Part shown: positions 1 through 16,151 of the stretch, one piece after another | Layout: the number at the start of each line of letters is the position of its first letter | How positions within the stretch are numbered: position 1 is the stretch's first letter | Source of the DNA: the human T2T-CHM13v2.0 reference genome, Homo sapiens | NCBI RefSeq assembly: GCF_009914755.1 | Contig: NC_060938.1 | Strand: one strand, 5' to 3' | Length of the DNA stretch: 64,000 nucleotides | Made by a program: the position numbers and the translations under genes | The notes under the pieces: model-generated | What the model saw: only the letters and a program-made list of their open reading frames with translations | Told to the model about the DNA's origin: nothing | Database searches by the model: none

Positions 1-270
1 GCGCCGACGGCTGCGCCCAGGCTGTCCTTCTCCTCCCGAGCCTGTGCCCCTGCCCTGTGCTGACCCCACTCACCGAGGTGGGGGTCTCAACCCTTCCTGT
101 TCTGGCGAGGTACATGTGGGCGGCCCCGCCCCCGCCGTCAGCCGCTATTTGTCTTCCTAGGAAATCACAGCTCAGGTCCCAGGTCCCCAGGGGTGTGAAC
201 TCCACGCTGCAAAGACTAAGAACAGGATTGAAACCAGCGGCACCCCTTACTTCCTGAAGTTCCCTTTTCT
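1..270 (-). promoter_or_regulatory. I-gamma4-type germline promoter of the off-window gamma gene (STAT6-type TTC-N4-GAA at 154-163, GC box 123-132, Ets GGAAGT near 249-254)
   Basis: Identical to 19599-19868, which lies directly 5' of the I-gamma4 exon; palindromic TTCCTAGGAA. Confidence 0.8.
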
Positions 271-591
271 TCTGGTGGTTTCTGTGTCAGAGGGCGAGGG
301 GGAGTCCACACAGAGCCGAGGCTGCCTCATGGGTGTGTGGGGATGGTGGTGGTGGCTGCCCCCATACTCCCCCATACTCACGGGAGAAGGTGGGGAGCCC
401 GGACCTTGTGTGCTGCTCTTTTCTCTGTCTCTGAGTCCCTGGGGCTGGACTGAGACCGGCAGCGATTATGACCATTCTGCCCGTGGTCTCAGCCTCTCAA
501 TACCTGGGCCTCTCACCTGAAGCTTCTGGCCCCCCACTGGGCCCTGGTGGCTGCTTTGGCCTGGGCATTTCTCCAGCTGACTCTCACTCAT

Positions 592-1292
592 GGTGGAGGG
601 AGGGGAGTGTGAGTTCATCCCACTGAGCAGCTGGCAAAGGCGAGCTGGGATGGAGAAGGGAAGGCGTTCCAAGGCTCAGGTCTGAGCTCACAGGCAGGGG
701 CAGGTCTGGCTGCAGGGAGAACGTGTGTGCTTGAGACCAGGAGGGTCCCAGGGCTGGCCGAGTGGACCCTGCACAGGAAGACCTCTGAGGCTGGTGCTCC
801 AGAAGGAACAAGATGGGCTGCGAGGAGCCAGGGCCACCAGCTGTGCTCCTGGGGGCCGAGGGGACGTGGGACAGGTGGATGAACACACTGAAGCTGAGTG
901 GAGGTGGTGCAGGGCAGTGTAGCAGCAGAGGGGAGCCAGAGGGGCCCATTCAGGGCCTGGGCAGAGTTGGCCAGAGCCTGTGGTGCAGGTGAGGGGAAGG
1001 GGTAGGGGGCAGGGCCCTGGGGCTGAGCAGAGGGGATGGCCTCTGCTTAGCTTAGGGCACTTAGCTTCCTCAGAGGCGAGGGGCACACCCGAGTTGCAGT
1101 GGCACTCCAGGGCCACTGGACTACAAGCAGAGAGAGAAATGGGGCCTCCCTGGGGCCTGGGGATGCTGGCATCATGCAGGGTGGGGAGGTCCAAGGGCAG
1201 GTGCAAGGCTCCTACCTGTGCTGGGGGAGCCTGGACTGAGCTCATCAGGGACCTTGCCAGGTGGAAACTCTGGAGAGAGAGAGGAGCTGGGC
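592..1292. repeat. Inverted-repeat arm B (copy 1), reverse complement of the arm at 16902-17553
   Basis: 1191-1227 is the exact reverse complement of 16965-17001; the peptide MGPSGSPLLLHCPAPPPLSF appears at 584..949(-) and 17240..17455(+). Confidence 0.9.
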
Positions 1293-1377
1293 AAGGACGG
1301 ATGTGGAGGTGGGAGGTAGCGGGGGACGAGATGCAGCCAGAGGGACTGGGCAGACCAAAAGCCCGAGGAGGTTTCGC

Positions 1378-1629
1378 ACAGGAAGCATCCAGAGTGGAAC
1401 AGGAAGCATGCAGAGTGGAACAGGAAATGTCCAGCATGGAACAGGAAGCATCCAGAATGGAACAGGGAGCATCCAGAGTGGAACAGGAAATGTCCAGCAT
1501 GGAACAGGAAGCATCCAGCATGGAACAGGAAGCGTCAAGCGTGGAACAGGAAGCGTCCAGCGTGGAACAGGAAGCGTCCAGCGTGGAACAGGAAGTGTCC
1601 AGCGTGGAACAGGAAGCATCCAGAATGGA
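1378..1629. repeat. 21-bp minisatellite (ggaacaggaagcatccagcrt) x12
   Basis: Twelve 7-aa QEASSVE-like repeats in ORF 980..1720. Confidence 0.95.
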
Positions 1630-2008
1630 CACTTTGAAGGGAAATCATGTCCCTCCCACTAAATGTGCTCTCCACAAGGACCCGGCCCACCCTTGTGTCC
1701 CTGCTGGATCCCTGAGCTGACACCAGCCCTGCCCTCAGAGAGAATGTCCAGGAGACAGGTGGAGGTGCACGTGTGGGTCCCTGGGGAAATCCATCCTCCA
1801 GCCGCAGGCTCCCAGTCGGCTCCCAGCTTCTGGCTCCGGCTTCACCCCATGGAGCTCATAATGGGCTCAACCTCCCAGGCTGGGGGAGGATGCAGTGAGG
1901 GGCCCCGCACTGCCCATGGCACACCCAGGGGGCTGGGGAGTCTGCACTGGGCTGGGGCAGGGAGGCCTCGTGCAGCCTGTGGGGCTGGCAGCTCAGGACA
2001 ACACTCGT

Positions 2009-2447
2009 ATCCGTTAACTGTGGCCCTGGCAACACAGCACCCCAGACTGCGTGGCTTAAACAACAGACGTTTATTCCGTCCTGGTTCTGGAGGCCGGGCA
2101 TCTGGGATGGAGGCCTCGGCGGGGCTGGCACCTCTGTGTCATGGGAGACTCTGTCCCAGGCTCTCTCCTTGCTGCTGGGCTTTGCCGGCCGTCTCTGCTG
2201 CTCTTGGCTTATGGAAGCAGCACCATCTTCACAGGGCGTTCTCCCCACGTGCTGTCTGTACCCAGATTCCCCCTTTTCATGAGGACAGCAGTCATATTGG
2301 ATCAGAGGCTTGCCCTACTCCAGGGTGACCTCATCTGAACTTGATTGCAGTTGCAAAGACTGTTTCCAAACAAGGTCACATTCTGTGGTCCTGGGGGTTA
2401 GGACTTCAACACATGAATTTATAGGGGACACATTTTAACCCACAACA
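2009..2447 (-). mobile_element. MaLR LTR (MLT1-like); homologous copies at ~21607-22045 and ~41786-42223
   Basis: Recognisable MLT1 motifs: ggcttaaacaacaga..tttatt, ttctggaggc, aaggtcacattctg, ttaggacttcaaca. Confidence 0.7.
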
Positions 2448-2989
2448 GTTTGCCCTCCGCTCCCCCCATAATCATGTCCTTCTCACATGCAAAATCCCTG
2501 CACCCCATAGCAACATCTCCAAGATGGCTAACCCCTTCCAGCACCAACTCTTAGTCCACAATCTCAGAGAAATATCACCTGCATCAAGTGTGGGAGAAAC
2601 CACAGCAGGGGTGGCGAGCCTCCAGCCCCCTCTGGCCCAGGTGAGGCTGTGTGCACTGTGTGGGTGTGCCTGGGGATCCACTTGCCCCCCCATCTATCTG
2701 CTCATTTTCCCCAGGCTGTGGGCATTTGGGGCAGAGGCCTCAGTGCCTGGCCTGCTCTCTCCCGGTTCTATCCAATGCCTGTGCTGGGCTGGAGGGGCCG
2801 GGCAGGGTGGGCCCCCAGGAAGGAGGATGGGTCACCTGTTGCTCCCATAAGCCCAGGTCCAGTCCCAGCTGGGGATCCATCTCTGGCCTCTGCCAGCCTT
2901 GAAATCCCCCAGTCCTCTGTGTCTCCCTCCTGGGGCCCACCAGGCCTGCTCAGCTCTGAGTCCCATGTCCATTCTCACCCTGCTCTGAA

Positions 2990-4220
2990 AAATGATGTTT
3001 TTCATTTCAGAATCATACTTTCAGTTCTAGAATTTTCATTTGGTTCTTGTAAATATTTTCCGTCTCTTATAGAGATTCCCCATCTAGTCACTCATTATAA
3101 TAGTATTTTCCTTTAAGTCTTTGAACATGTTTAACATAACTTCTTTAAAGTCCTTGTCTGATAACTGTATCTGCATCTAGGTCATCTTGGAGTTGATCTC
3201 CATTGATCCCTTTTTCTTCTGACTATGGATCACATTTTCATGTTTCTTTGCATCCATGGTAATTTTGGATGTGCACCTGATGTTGATAACATGCGTACAG
3301 GCTATGGGGTTTGCATTCTTTCTTAGCAGAGCATTAATTGTTTTTTTCAATGTTAGCAGTTAGCTTGAGTTGACTCAAACTCCCAAGTCTGTCTGCCTGG
3401 CAGTTGGCAGTAGCAGGAATCTCAGTTCTCTCGACTTACAGGTGTTGCTTTCTGCTGGGCCCTTTGGAGTTTTCCCTACCCATGCACACCTAAGGGATCG
3501 GCCAGAGGTTTCAGTGGAGTTTACTTGCAGATTGTGTGGTTTCCCTTCGGTGAGCTTCTCCTTTATGGACATCTTCTCTTCATTTCCAGCTGCTCTGAAA
3601 ATGCAGCCCTGCATCCCACTCCTCACCAGGAGGGCTGCAGTTTCCTGCTTAAACTCTAGCTGCACCCATTACATGCACTGGGGTGTGACTTCAGACGAAT
3701 ATTTCAGGGAATAATCCTTACTAGTGTTTGCCTACTTCTGGTCATGTTCCAGTGCCTGCAATTGGTGTGTGTGGGTGTTGTGTGTGCTTACAGTGTTTCC
3801 AGTGTTTATAATTGCCATCTGCCAAAGGGCTAGTCTGATATTAGCTGCTCCAGCATTACTGGAATCAGAACTACTTTCTCTCATGTGGTTTTTCATTTTC
3901 ATTTCCCTGTTGACTAGTGTGGTTCAACACCTTTTCATATGTTTAGTGGCTATTTGGATATCTTCTGTAAAACATCTGTTCAATTCTCTTGCCTATTCCT
4001 CGTTGGATTATTTGATTTTTTTTCTCATTGGTTTACAGGGGTCTTCTTTATATCATGGATCTGTTTCTGTCAGTCAGTTATATATGTTTATAGGAAACAT
4101 TGAGAAAAATTAGTAGGTGCCTTCCATGGAAAGCAAGGCATTGTCTTGTACACTCTTCCAGGTTATTTCATTCTGTGGAGCTCTGCATCTTTTATTTCCT
4201 TTGAACTATTTTACACCTCT
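2990..4220. mobile_element. AT-rich segment with degraded ancient L1 fragments (copies at 22588-23818 and ~48995-50243)
   Basis: Sharp drop in GC; L1-like phrases such as ttttcatttccctgttgactagtg and cttttcatatgtttagtggctatttggatatcttc. Confidence 0.5.
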
Positions 4221-4226
4221 ATAAGC

Positions 4227-4557
4227 CAGGGGTCCCCAATCCCTGGGTCATGCACTGGAACCGGTTCATGGCCTGTTAGGAACTGGGCCACAGAGCAGGA
4301 GGTGAGGGGTGTGTGAGCATTCCTGCCCGAGCTCCACCTCCTGTCAGATCAGTGGCAGCATTAGATTCTCACAGGAGCGAACCCTATTGCGAGCTGCACA
4401 TTCCCGGGATCTAAGTTGCACACTCCTTATGACACCCTAATGCGTAATGATCTGAGGTGAAACAGCTTTGTCCCCAAGCCATCCCCCGATCCTGGTCTGT
4501 GGAAAAATTGTCTTCCATGGAACTGGTTCCTGGTGCCAAAAATGTTGGGGACCACTG
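4227..4557. mobile_element. MER1B-like hAT-Charlie DNA transposon (copy at 23825-24155)
   Basis: Termini caggggtccccaa...ttggggaccactg, ~330 bp, flanked by a degenerate 8-bp TSD (ctataagc/ctctaagt). Confidence 0.8.
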
Positions 4558-5496
4558 CTCTAAGTTGTACATAATTGATAGCAATGCAAAAGCTCTTTGA
4601 GTTGGTAGAAATTCAAGTTCTCACCTTTGGAAGGACAATGAATTGCTCCTCATCTTCCAGGGAAAAGGCCAGTTTTGCATCTCTCTATGAACTCCTTTTA
4701 GCATTCCTGAATCAATTATGTAAGTGTAGTACTTAGAATTCCACTTTGAACTGGTTACGACACCTTAATTAATGAGATAAAGAGCATCTCTGAAATGTGT
4801 CGTCATATGTTTATGTGAGTCCTGATCATAACAGTTTTAAAAAATGATCTCTTAACTCGTTGAGATTTCTTCTCCCCCACGGCCCCACCCAGCCGCAGTA
4901 TCCAGGGAGCTTAGTTTTCTGTGGCCCAGGAGGGCAGGAGACCCGGTGTTGACGGGGAGATCTGAGGTTGGCCCCAACTTTTCCCCACAGCTCTGCTTCA
5001 AGGAGTGCTGTGGGAAGGCCTCCCAACCCCACACCTGTCCTGTTGGCCAAGGCGAGCTCCATGCCATGTGGCATCTCTGCCGCTGGCCACCTGGCGAGTA
5101 TCTGTTGAATAGAGAAATGTGCAGCATCTCCACAGAGCTTCCAGGGCTTCTGTGCTCTCCAAACATCTCTGGGCTCCTGGCACCCTCTCAGGGTATGATG
5201 TGTTGGTGGCTGGGTTGGGCCCCTGTCCCTGAGGGTAGGACTCAGGCAAGGACAAAGCTCTGGACTCAAAGAGCTGGTGTGGGGGTGAGTGAAAGGAACA
5301 GGAGCTTTGGGGTCAGAAATGCGGGTTTCAGCCTGCATTGTCCCCATGAGCAGGGGCTGCAGACTCACCAAGACCTCAGTTTCTACCATGGTGAGAGAGT
5401 GTCAGAGACTGCAGCACGTATTTGAAAAGCGTCCAGGGACGGCAGGGGTCTGGGTTGGACCAGCTCTCCTGAATACTGAGGGTGCGATCTTGACCA

Positions 5497-5970
5497 TTGT
5501 GAAAGGAAAATAAAATCTCAGGACCCTAAAGTCACTATGCCAAAAAGAACAGTTGAGGTGGGAAGCTGAGTCATGAAAAAAAAAAAAGTCATGCGTTTCC
5601 TTTTGTTTCCAAACTGAGAGCAGCAGCAGATAGGCCAGGTCTACCCAGGTGGCCTCCCTCACCCTGACAATATAAATTAACAGGCCGGTCTTCATGACAT
5701 GGGACAAAATGAGACAAGAAATCGTCCCTCCTACCCCTGAGACGAATGCATATTTGACTTCTTCCTCTACTCTGTTTATTTTCTTATAAAGTGCAGATTT
5801 ACTGAGCACAAGGCGAATGCGTAATTGCTCCCTCCACCCCTCCTTTTCATGCAACGTGGGGGCTCAGTGAGATGTAATCAAAGCCTCAGAAGAATGTGAC
5901 CCTCCCCTCTTGCTTTTTTCTCTTTCATCTTTCCCCTCCTCCAGCTTTTCCCCTTTTCAATATTGAAGCA
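5497..5970 (+). mobile_element. ERV1 MER4-group LTR fragment (copy at ~25095-25568)
   Basis: Begins tgtgaaaggaaaataaaatctcaggaccc, resembling MER4-group LTR 5' ends; subfamily uncertain. Confidence 0.55.
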
Positions 5971-6352
5971 GGACGTAGTGTGACTGCATCTGGGGTCAGG
6001 TGTGGGGTGGTCCATGTGGACAGTGAGGAAGGTGGTCCCTGCCCGTGGTGGTCCGGGTTTCCTGGGAGATGGCCAGACGTGGGTGCTGAGGGGAGGAGGC
6101 CAGTGCAGTCACTGGATGGGAGAGAGCATGTCCATTGTGCTGAGTGGGCTGGGAGGGATCCACAGAGAAGACGGTATGGCTCAACAGTTGGCACTGGGGA
6201 CAGGAACGTGGGTGAAGGGCCTGGCACATGGAGTAGCTCAAGGCGTGAGGCTGTGACCCACCTGGAGAGCCTGTGCCTGAGTGCACAGGGTGGGTGCTGG
6301 GGTTGCAAGCGCGTGTGTCCCTGTGTGAGGACCGTGTGAGTACACGTGTGTG

Positions 6353-6470
6353 TCACGTGTCCCCCATGCGTGTCAGGCATTGTTGCGTGTCCCCCATGCG
6401 TGGCAGGCAGCATCACGTGTCCCCCATGCGTGGCAGGCATTGTCGCGTGGCCCCCGTTCGTGGCAGGCAT
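6353..6470. repeat. 30-bp tandem repeat x~4 (cacgtgtcccccatgcgtggcaggca..); copy at 25951-26068
   Basis: Direct inspection; repeated CPPCVAG peptide in ORF 6346..6912. Confidence 0.85.
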
Positions 6471-7199
6471 GTGCAGCCTGAGTACCATGCCAGATGCGGC
6501 GTTCTGTCTCCTCCAGGCCCTGCCCTGCCGTGTGAGCAGGGAGCTTCCCCATGGGACTGATGTTCTGTCTCCTCCAGGCCTGGCCCTGTCCTACCATGTT
6601 AGCAGGGAGCTTGGCCATGGGAGTGGTGGGCACAGGCGTGGCTGTGCCGGGCCTCACTGGCTGGATTCGGTGGGGACACCATACCCCTTGCTGAGTGTGG
6701 GTGTCAGAGGGTTCGAGGTGCCCTCTGGGAGGTGGTTGGGCAGAGGCAGGGTTGGGAGCGTGTGGGGAGATGGGTGTTCAGCTAGGTTCCTTCCCTGTGC
6801 AGGGGCTCAGCTGAAACCTGGGCTCTCACTCCCCTCACCCCTGCCTCCCCAGCATCCTCACTCTGCCCCTCTCTTCAGCCTGCCTCGGGCCTTGCCCTGG
6901 GACCCCTGCTGAGATGACAGGAGGGGCTTCAGCAGCACCCTGTGCTGGGTGGACGCCGAGGTCACAGGCTTGCTCTGTGTCTCCTCACAAGGCCACGTGG
7001 TGGCAGGTCCTTCCTCCTGTCTAACCAGAGTCCTGCTTGCTGCTCTGCAACCCCCTTGGGTCACGTGGGGCAGGGGCACCTGGCAGGGTGGGCTTCGTGG
7101 ACTCAAGGGCCACCAGTTCCTCCAGGTCAACCTGCTCAGATCGTTCCATTCTCCCCCTTCCCTTGGCCACAGAGACCTCTGTATGCTGGGGTGACCACA

Positions 7200-7972
7200 A
7201 ATGTCACAACAGCAGAGTCACACCAGGAATGTCACACCATGTCACACCACATCACACTATGTCATGCCAGGGATGTCACGCCACATCACACCATGAAACT
7301 CATCATCACACTAGGGATGTCATACCCTGCCACACCCCATCCTGCCACATCACACCATGTCACACCGCATCACATCACACCAAGGATGTGGCACCCTGTC
7401 ACAGCACGTCACACGTCACATCATGTCACACCACACCTCATCACACCACAGATGTCATACCCCATCACACCACATCACATTACATCACACCACGTCAAAC
7501 TACCTCACACCCCATCACACCAGGGATGTCACACCCCATCACACCACATCACATGTCACACCACGTCACATGCCACACCATATCACAGTATGTCACAGCC
7601 TGTTACACTTCATCACACCACATCACACCAGGGATGTCACACCTTGTCCCATCACATCACATCATGTCACACCATTCCACATCATTTCATATTATAGCTC
7701 ATCATACAAGGGATGTCATACCCATCACACTATGTCACAGCACATCACACCAGGGATGTCACACTGTGTCACACCACATCCCACCATGTGCAACACCACC
7801 TCACACCAGGGACATTACACCATGTCACACCACATCACATCACCCCTTGGATATCACACCGTCATACCACATCATACAACATCACACCATGTCCTGTCAC
7901 ATCATGCCACATGACATCCACGTCACACCAGAGACATCACACCACGTCACACCATGTCATGTTACATCACAG
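7200..7972. repeat. Degenerate (CATCACAC/CACCA)n low-complexity repeat 3' of a gamma gene
   Basis: Dense cacac/catcac/gggatgtcac units; homologues at 26798-27570 and 50256-51647. Confidence 0.93.
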
Positions 7973-8816
7973 CACGGACTGCTGGGGTATGTGCAGGGGC
8001 CGCCCACAGTGCAGCCTTGCTGGAGAGTTGAGGGAGGGTCCTGGGGCTGGGCATGGTGTTCCCGCAGGAGGGCTGACCCTCTGGAGGATGCTCGGTCCCA
8101 GGTGGAAAGGGGGCGGTGGGCCCCAGGTGGCTCAGGGAGGGGCCCAATTTCCCCAGGGGAACCTGGTCCAGGCGCCAGGCCCTGCAGGGGCAGGAGCTGC
8201 AGGAAGCATCTGCTTCTTCCCAACTCAGCCTGCTCAGTGCACGGAATGACCCGGAGCCCGGCACCATCCTGGGTTTCCTTTCCTTATCCTGGCCAGGCCG
8301 TCCATCCTCAGACAGTGGACTGGAGCCCACCCCACCAGGGCACCCGGAGGCCCGTAGGGCCCCTTGAAGGGCAGAGGGTGGAGAGCTGTCCAGCAGGGTC
8401 CCTGAGGGCTGGCACCTTCTCTGGACAAAGCTCTCCTGCATCTCTGGGACGCCATCCTTGGGCTTGGGATAGAGCCGGTGATGCAGCAGCTGCCCGCCCT
8501 GCACCCCAGGTGCTGTCTCCCTCACCCCCCGCGGGGCTGCAGCAGCGTGTCCTGAGAGTTAAAGGGCTGGGCTTCAGCACCCAGTTCAGGCCAGGCACCC
8601 TGGAGCGCACCCTCCAGTGGCGAGCCCTCCCATGGCACGGCAGGGTCCGGGCTCTGGGGATTTCATCCCCAACTCTGTGTTTGGTGAAGCTCCAGCTGCT
8701 CGATGCCACACAAATGAATCCAACCACTCCTCCTTCCTGGGTGAGATGGTCTCTCTCCTGCCACAGGCAACTCCGATGGCATTTTCCAGCCACCGCAGCC
8801 ACCGCAGCCACTGCAG

Positions 8817-9460
8817 TAACAAGACCCTGTCCTTGACTGAGTTCCAGCCAGGCTCCTCGGAGCCTCGCCACTCGGCCTCAACCTTGGCTTGTAAAGACTT
8901 GAGCAGACACTAACAGTTTCTAACAGCTTCTGGCCGTACCCCTAGGCCGACCCCTGCCCCGTCAACACCTGCCTGAGAAAGCTCCGTGCACCAGAACTCA
9001 CCGTTTGGACCAACCCCGACCTCCCTTTCTCAGGGTATCTGCTGAGAGGCTGCAACCACACATCCTTCTATCCGTTCCCGATGTCTGTGCATTTCCTGTG
9101 ACCCGGGAGGGTCTTTCTCAAGACTTGAGAGCCGCTCCCTGAAGTGTCCCCATTGGGAAGGATGGGGCCTGTGTCTCCAGGCTCTGGGAGGACAGAATCC
9201 TGACCTCAACAGTGGCCGGCACGGACACAGTGGGTCCCATCCCGGGGACGCTGACCAGCGCTGGGCAACTTTTCCCTTCCCCGAAGACTGAGCCCCGAGC
9301 ACCCTCCCTGCTCCCCCTACCACCTCCCTTTACAAGGCTGTGGCCTCTGCACAGATGAAGGTGAGTCCAGGTCATGCCGGACTCTTTCTTCTGTTGCAAT
9401 AGTTATTTCTGTTGAAAATCCGTCCTTGCTACATGATCTAGTGCCCAGCTTTATCTTTGA
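8817..9460 (+). mobile_element. ERV1-class LTR (MER67/MER31/LTR24-like); copies at ~28417-29048 and ~52170-52801
   Basis: 5' end aagaccctgtccttgac..ccaggctcctc..gacttgagcagacactaacagtttctaacagc resembles the recalled consensus. Confidence 0.45.
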
Positions 9461-9712
9461 AAATGTCTCTCTCCACCTTTGCCTCTCCTGCCTTGTCCTC
9501 GTTCCTGGCACCCACCATGTGTCTTATGGGCTGAATTTTACCATAGAATGAATCACACACCAGGTTTCACCTGTGCCTGATGAGGGTGACAGTTTGATGA
9601 GATTTTAGGCTTAGAATTGATGCTGAAAGGACTAAGACTTGGGGGATGCTGAGACAGATGAATGTATTTTGCATGTGAGAAGAACATGAAATTTGGGGGG
9701 CCATAGCATGGA

Positions 9713-10050
9713 CTGTTATGAGTTAAATTGTGGCCCCTACAAATTCATATATTCAAGTCTTAATCCCTGGCCTCACAATGTGACTATTTGGAGATGGGGT
9801 CTTTACAGAGGTCATTAAGTTCATATGAGGTCACTAATCTAATCCGATGTGTGTTCTAAGAAGAGAAGCTTAGGACACGGGCACACAGAGGGATGGCCAT
9901 GTGAGGACCAGGGAGGAGACGGTGTCTACAAGCCAAGGAGAGAGGGCTTGAGAGAAACCAGCCCTGCCTGCATCCTGATCTCAGATTCCTGGTCTCTAGG
10001 CCTGGGAGGATCCATGTCTGCCATGCGAGCCGCCCCGCTGTGGTCCTGAG
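9713..10050 (+). mobile_element. MaLR LTR (MLT1A-like) preceded by MLT internal remnant; copies at ~29121-29460 and ~52873-53210
   Basis: Motifs ttaaattgtggcccc..aaattcatat, tgtgactatttggagatgggg, ggccatgtgaggac, tacaagccaaggagagagg. Confidence 0.75.
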
Positions 10051-10464
10051 CTGACGCACACAGATCTGACACCCACCTCTCGCTTCACACCATGGTTGGT
10101 TCTGGAAGGCCCTCCCTGTGGCTCTGCCTGGCCAGCCTGAGCCAGCTCCCAGCCTTGAACCAGCTTTCCCTGGCGGCCCTGTCCCCCGCAGAGTGACCAG
10201 GGCAGGCAGCACCGTGCCCAGCAGGAGGAGAAACTGCATCCATGTAGAAAAGAGGAGAAACCCCGGGGGTCCATGTAGCGACAGGGGCCAGGGAGGGTTG
10301 CTCGGGCAATGCGTGTGGCTGCAGGAGGTGGGGGGCGTATGCAGGGAGCCCCCGAGGTGCAGCTGGACCAGCCTCCTCCTGACCGTGTTTTCCACCGGGG
10401 GCAGGAGGCGCGTGGACACAGGAAGGTGGCTCCCATCACGAAGTACAAGACTTAAAAAGGATAT

Positions 10465-10470
10465 TTTATT
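10465..10470 (-). terminator. Probable polyadenylation signal (AATAAA) of membrane IGHG4 mRNA
   Basis: AATAAA ~1.4 kb 3' of the M2 stop, conserved at 29875-29880 and 53626-53631. Confidence 0.7.
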
Positions 10471-11852
10471 GTCATCAAAAAAGAAACATCAAAGACAATT
10501 AATGAGCTTTAGAAAATTTAAAAGAAGAAGAAAAGCCAAAGCTGAAATGGTGACACCTCCTTCGAGTGAGCCCAGGAGTCCTCCCTGACGGCCGAGGCAG
10601 GCGCTGGCCGCAGTCCCGCTCGAGCCTCCCTTCCTGTCTGCGGATTCTGCGTGACAGTCACGGAACGGCGTGATGGGGGCAGCAGAGCGTGGGGGCCTCT
10701 GTCCAGCACTCGTGGCCAGCAGCCCCGCTTTCGCAAGAACACGGGCACCCTCTTTGTCGTCTTGCCTCTCCACCTGGTGCCCCCAGAGTGGCTGCTTGTT
10801 CCTGCTGCATGTGACCCGGGGCTGGACGCCAGCCTCTGTGATGAGTTCTGGCTGTGTCCACGCTCCTGGCTCTCCCGGTGTCCCTCCACCTCTCTCCCCG
10901 ATGCTCCTGGGCCTCCTCTGTCCTCAGGCCCCACCAAGGCTGAGTCTTGCCCGCCTGGGACCTGGTCACCAGCCTTCTGTGGGAGGCCTGTCTGGGCAGA
11001 TGCCTAGCCCTTCCTTGGGCTATCCTCACCCTTGCACTGTGGGGCTCCTGCAGCGGCCACATGGCCCAGGCTCTTCTCCGAGTGATCTCGGTGGACTGGA
11101 GTGGGTGGGAGGTGGCAGTGTCCTGGGCCTGGCCCCTTCTCTCCCCAGTGCGGACTCTGGGGCTGGCTGTCCCTGCGGGTCGAGTTCCACCCAAGAATCC
11201 AGCAGTGTGGGCAGGCAGCCAAGGGGTGGTGCTGGCACCGAGACTGTTCCCAGGAGCCAGAGAGCAGCGTTCTTTGCTTGAAATCAGAACAACCTCATTC
11301 CTCATGTCAGGAGTTCACGGGAGTGCCCGGAATGGAGGCTGGCTGGCTGCGGGCTGGGAGGAAGGCCGTCTGAGTGAGCCTTCGCAGCTCTCGGAAGCCT
11401 CCCCAACAGGGCCTGATGGTGCTGTGGCTTCCCTACCTTGGCGACTGATGCTCCCACTCACCATCTGGAAACCACGCCTGTGTTCAGGAGGCTGGCGTGG
11501 ACGGGGTTGGCTCCAGGGCGAGGTCCTGCCTGAGTGGGGGCCTGGGATGCTGGTCACTACCTCCTTTTGTGTGAGCACCTGGTGGTCCAGAGGGCAGGGA
11601 CGTCCTGCTGAGGGGACACCTGGCCCCCAGCGCCCTGCATGCACCAAGCAGCGGAGGTCTGGGGTAGACCTGCTATGCACAGGGTCTGGAAGGGGGGCGT
11701 TTCAGGGCTCAGAGGGCGACTGCGAAGCCAGAGAGCCATGGGGTTGAGGGCGGTGAGGTCAGGGGGCAGGTGTGGCCTGGGTGGTGGCTGAGCATGGCCC
11801 ACGGCTCGTGTGTGGGGTCTGGGCGGCCCTGGACACCCCACAGAGGGTGGCC

Positions 11853-16151
<4,299 letters not shown>

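Larger units (their letters stand above)
1..8103. repeat. Segmental duplication copy 1 (near-identical to 19599-27701); upstream flank of an off-window IGHG4-type gene
   Basis: Sequence and ORF track repeat at offset 19598. I saw only 3 substitutions (347/19945, 2012/21610, 6176/25774) before sustained divergence begins at 8104/27702. Confidence 0.97.

Noticed and set aside
1378-1629. CRISPR-like or coiled-coil-like regular array
   Set aside because: Head-to-tail minisatellite without unique spacers, no cas genes, human context.
3724-4113. Hydrophobic 129-aa ORF present in three copies
   Set aside because: T-rich strand of degraded L1-like sequence; recurrence is due to segmental duplication and the 3' end is not conserved.
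7037-8836. 599-aa His/Thr-rich ORF
   Set aside because: Derived from the CATCACAC low-complexity repeat; the frame is broken differently in the paralogues at 26635 and 50894.
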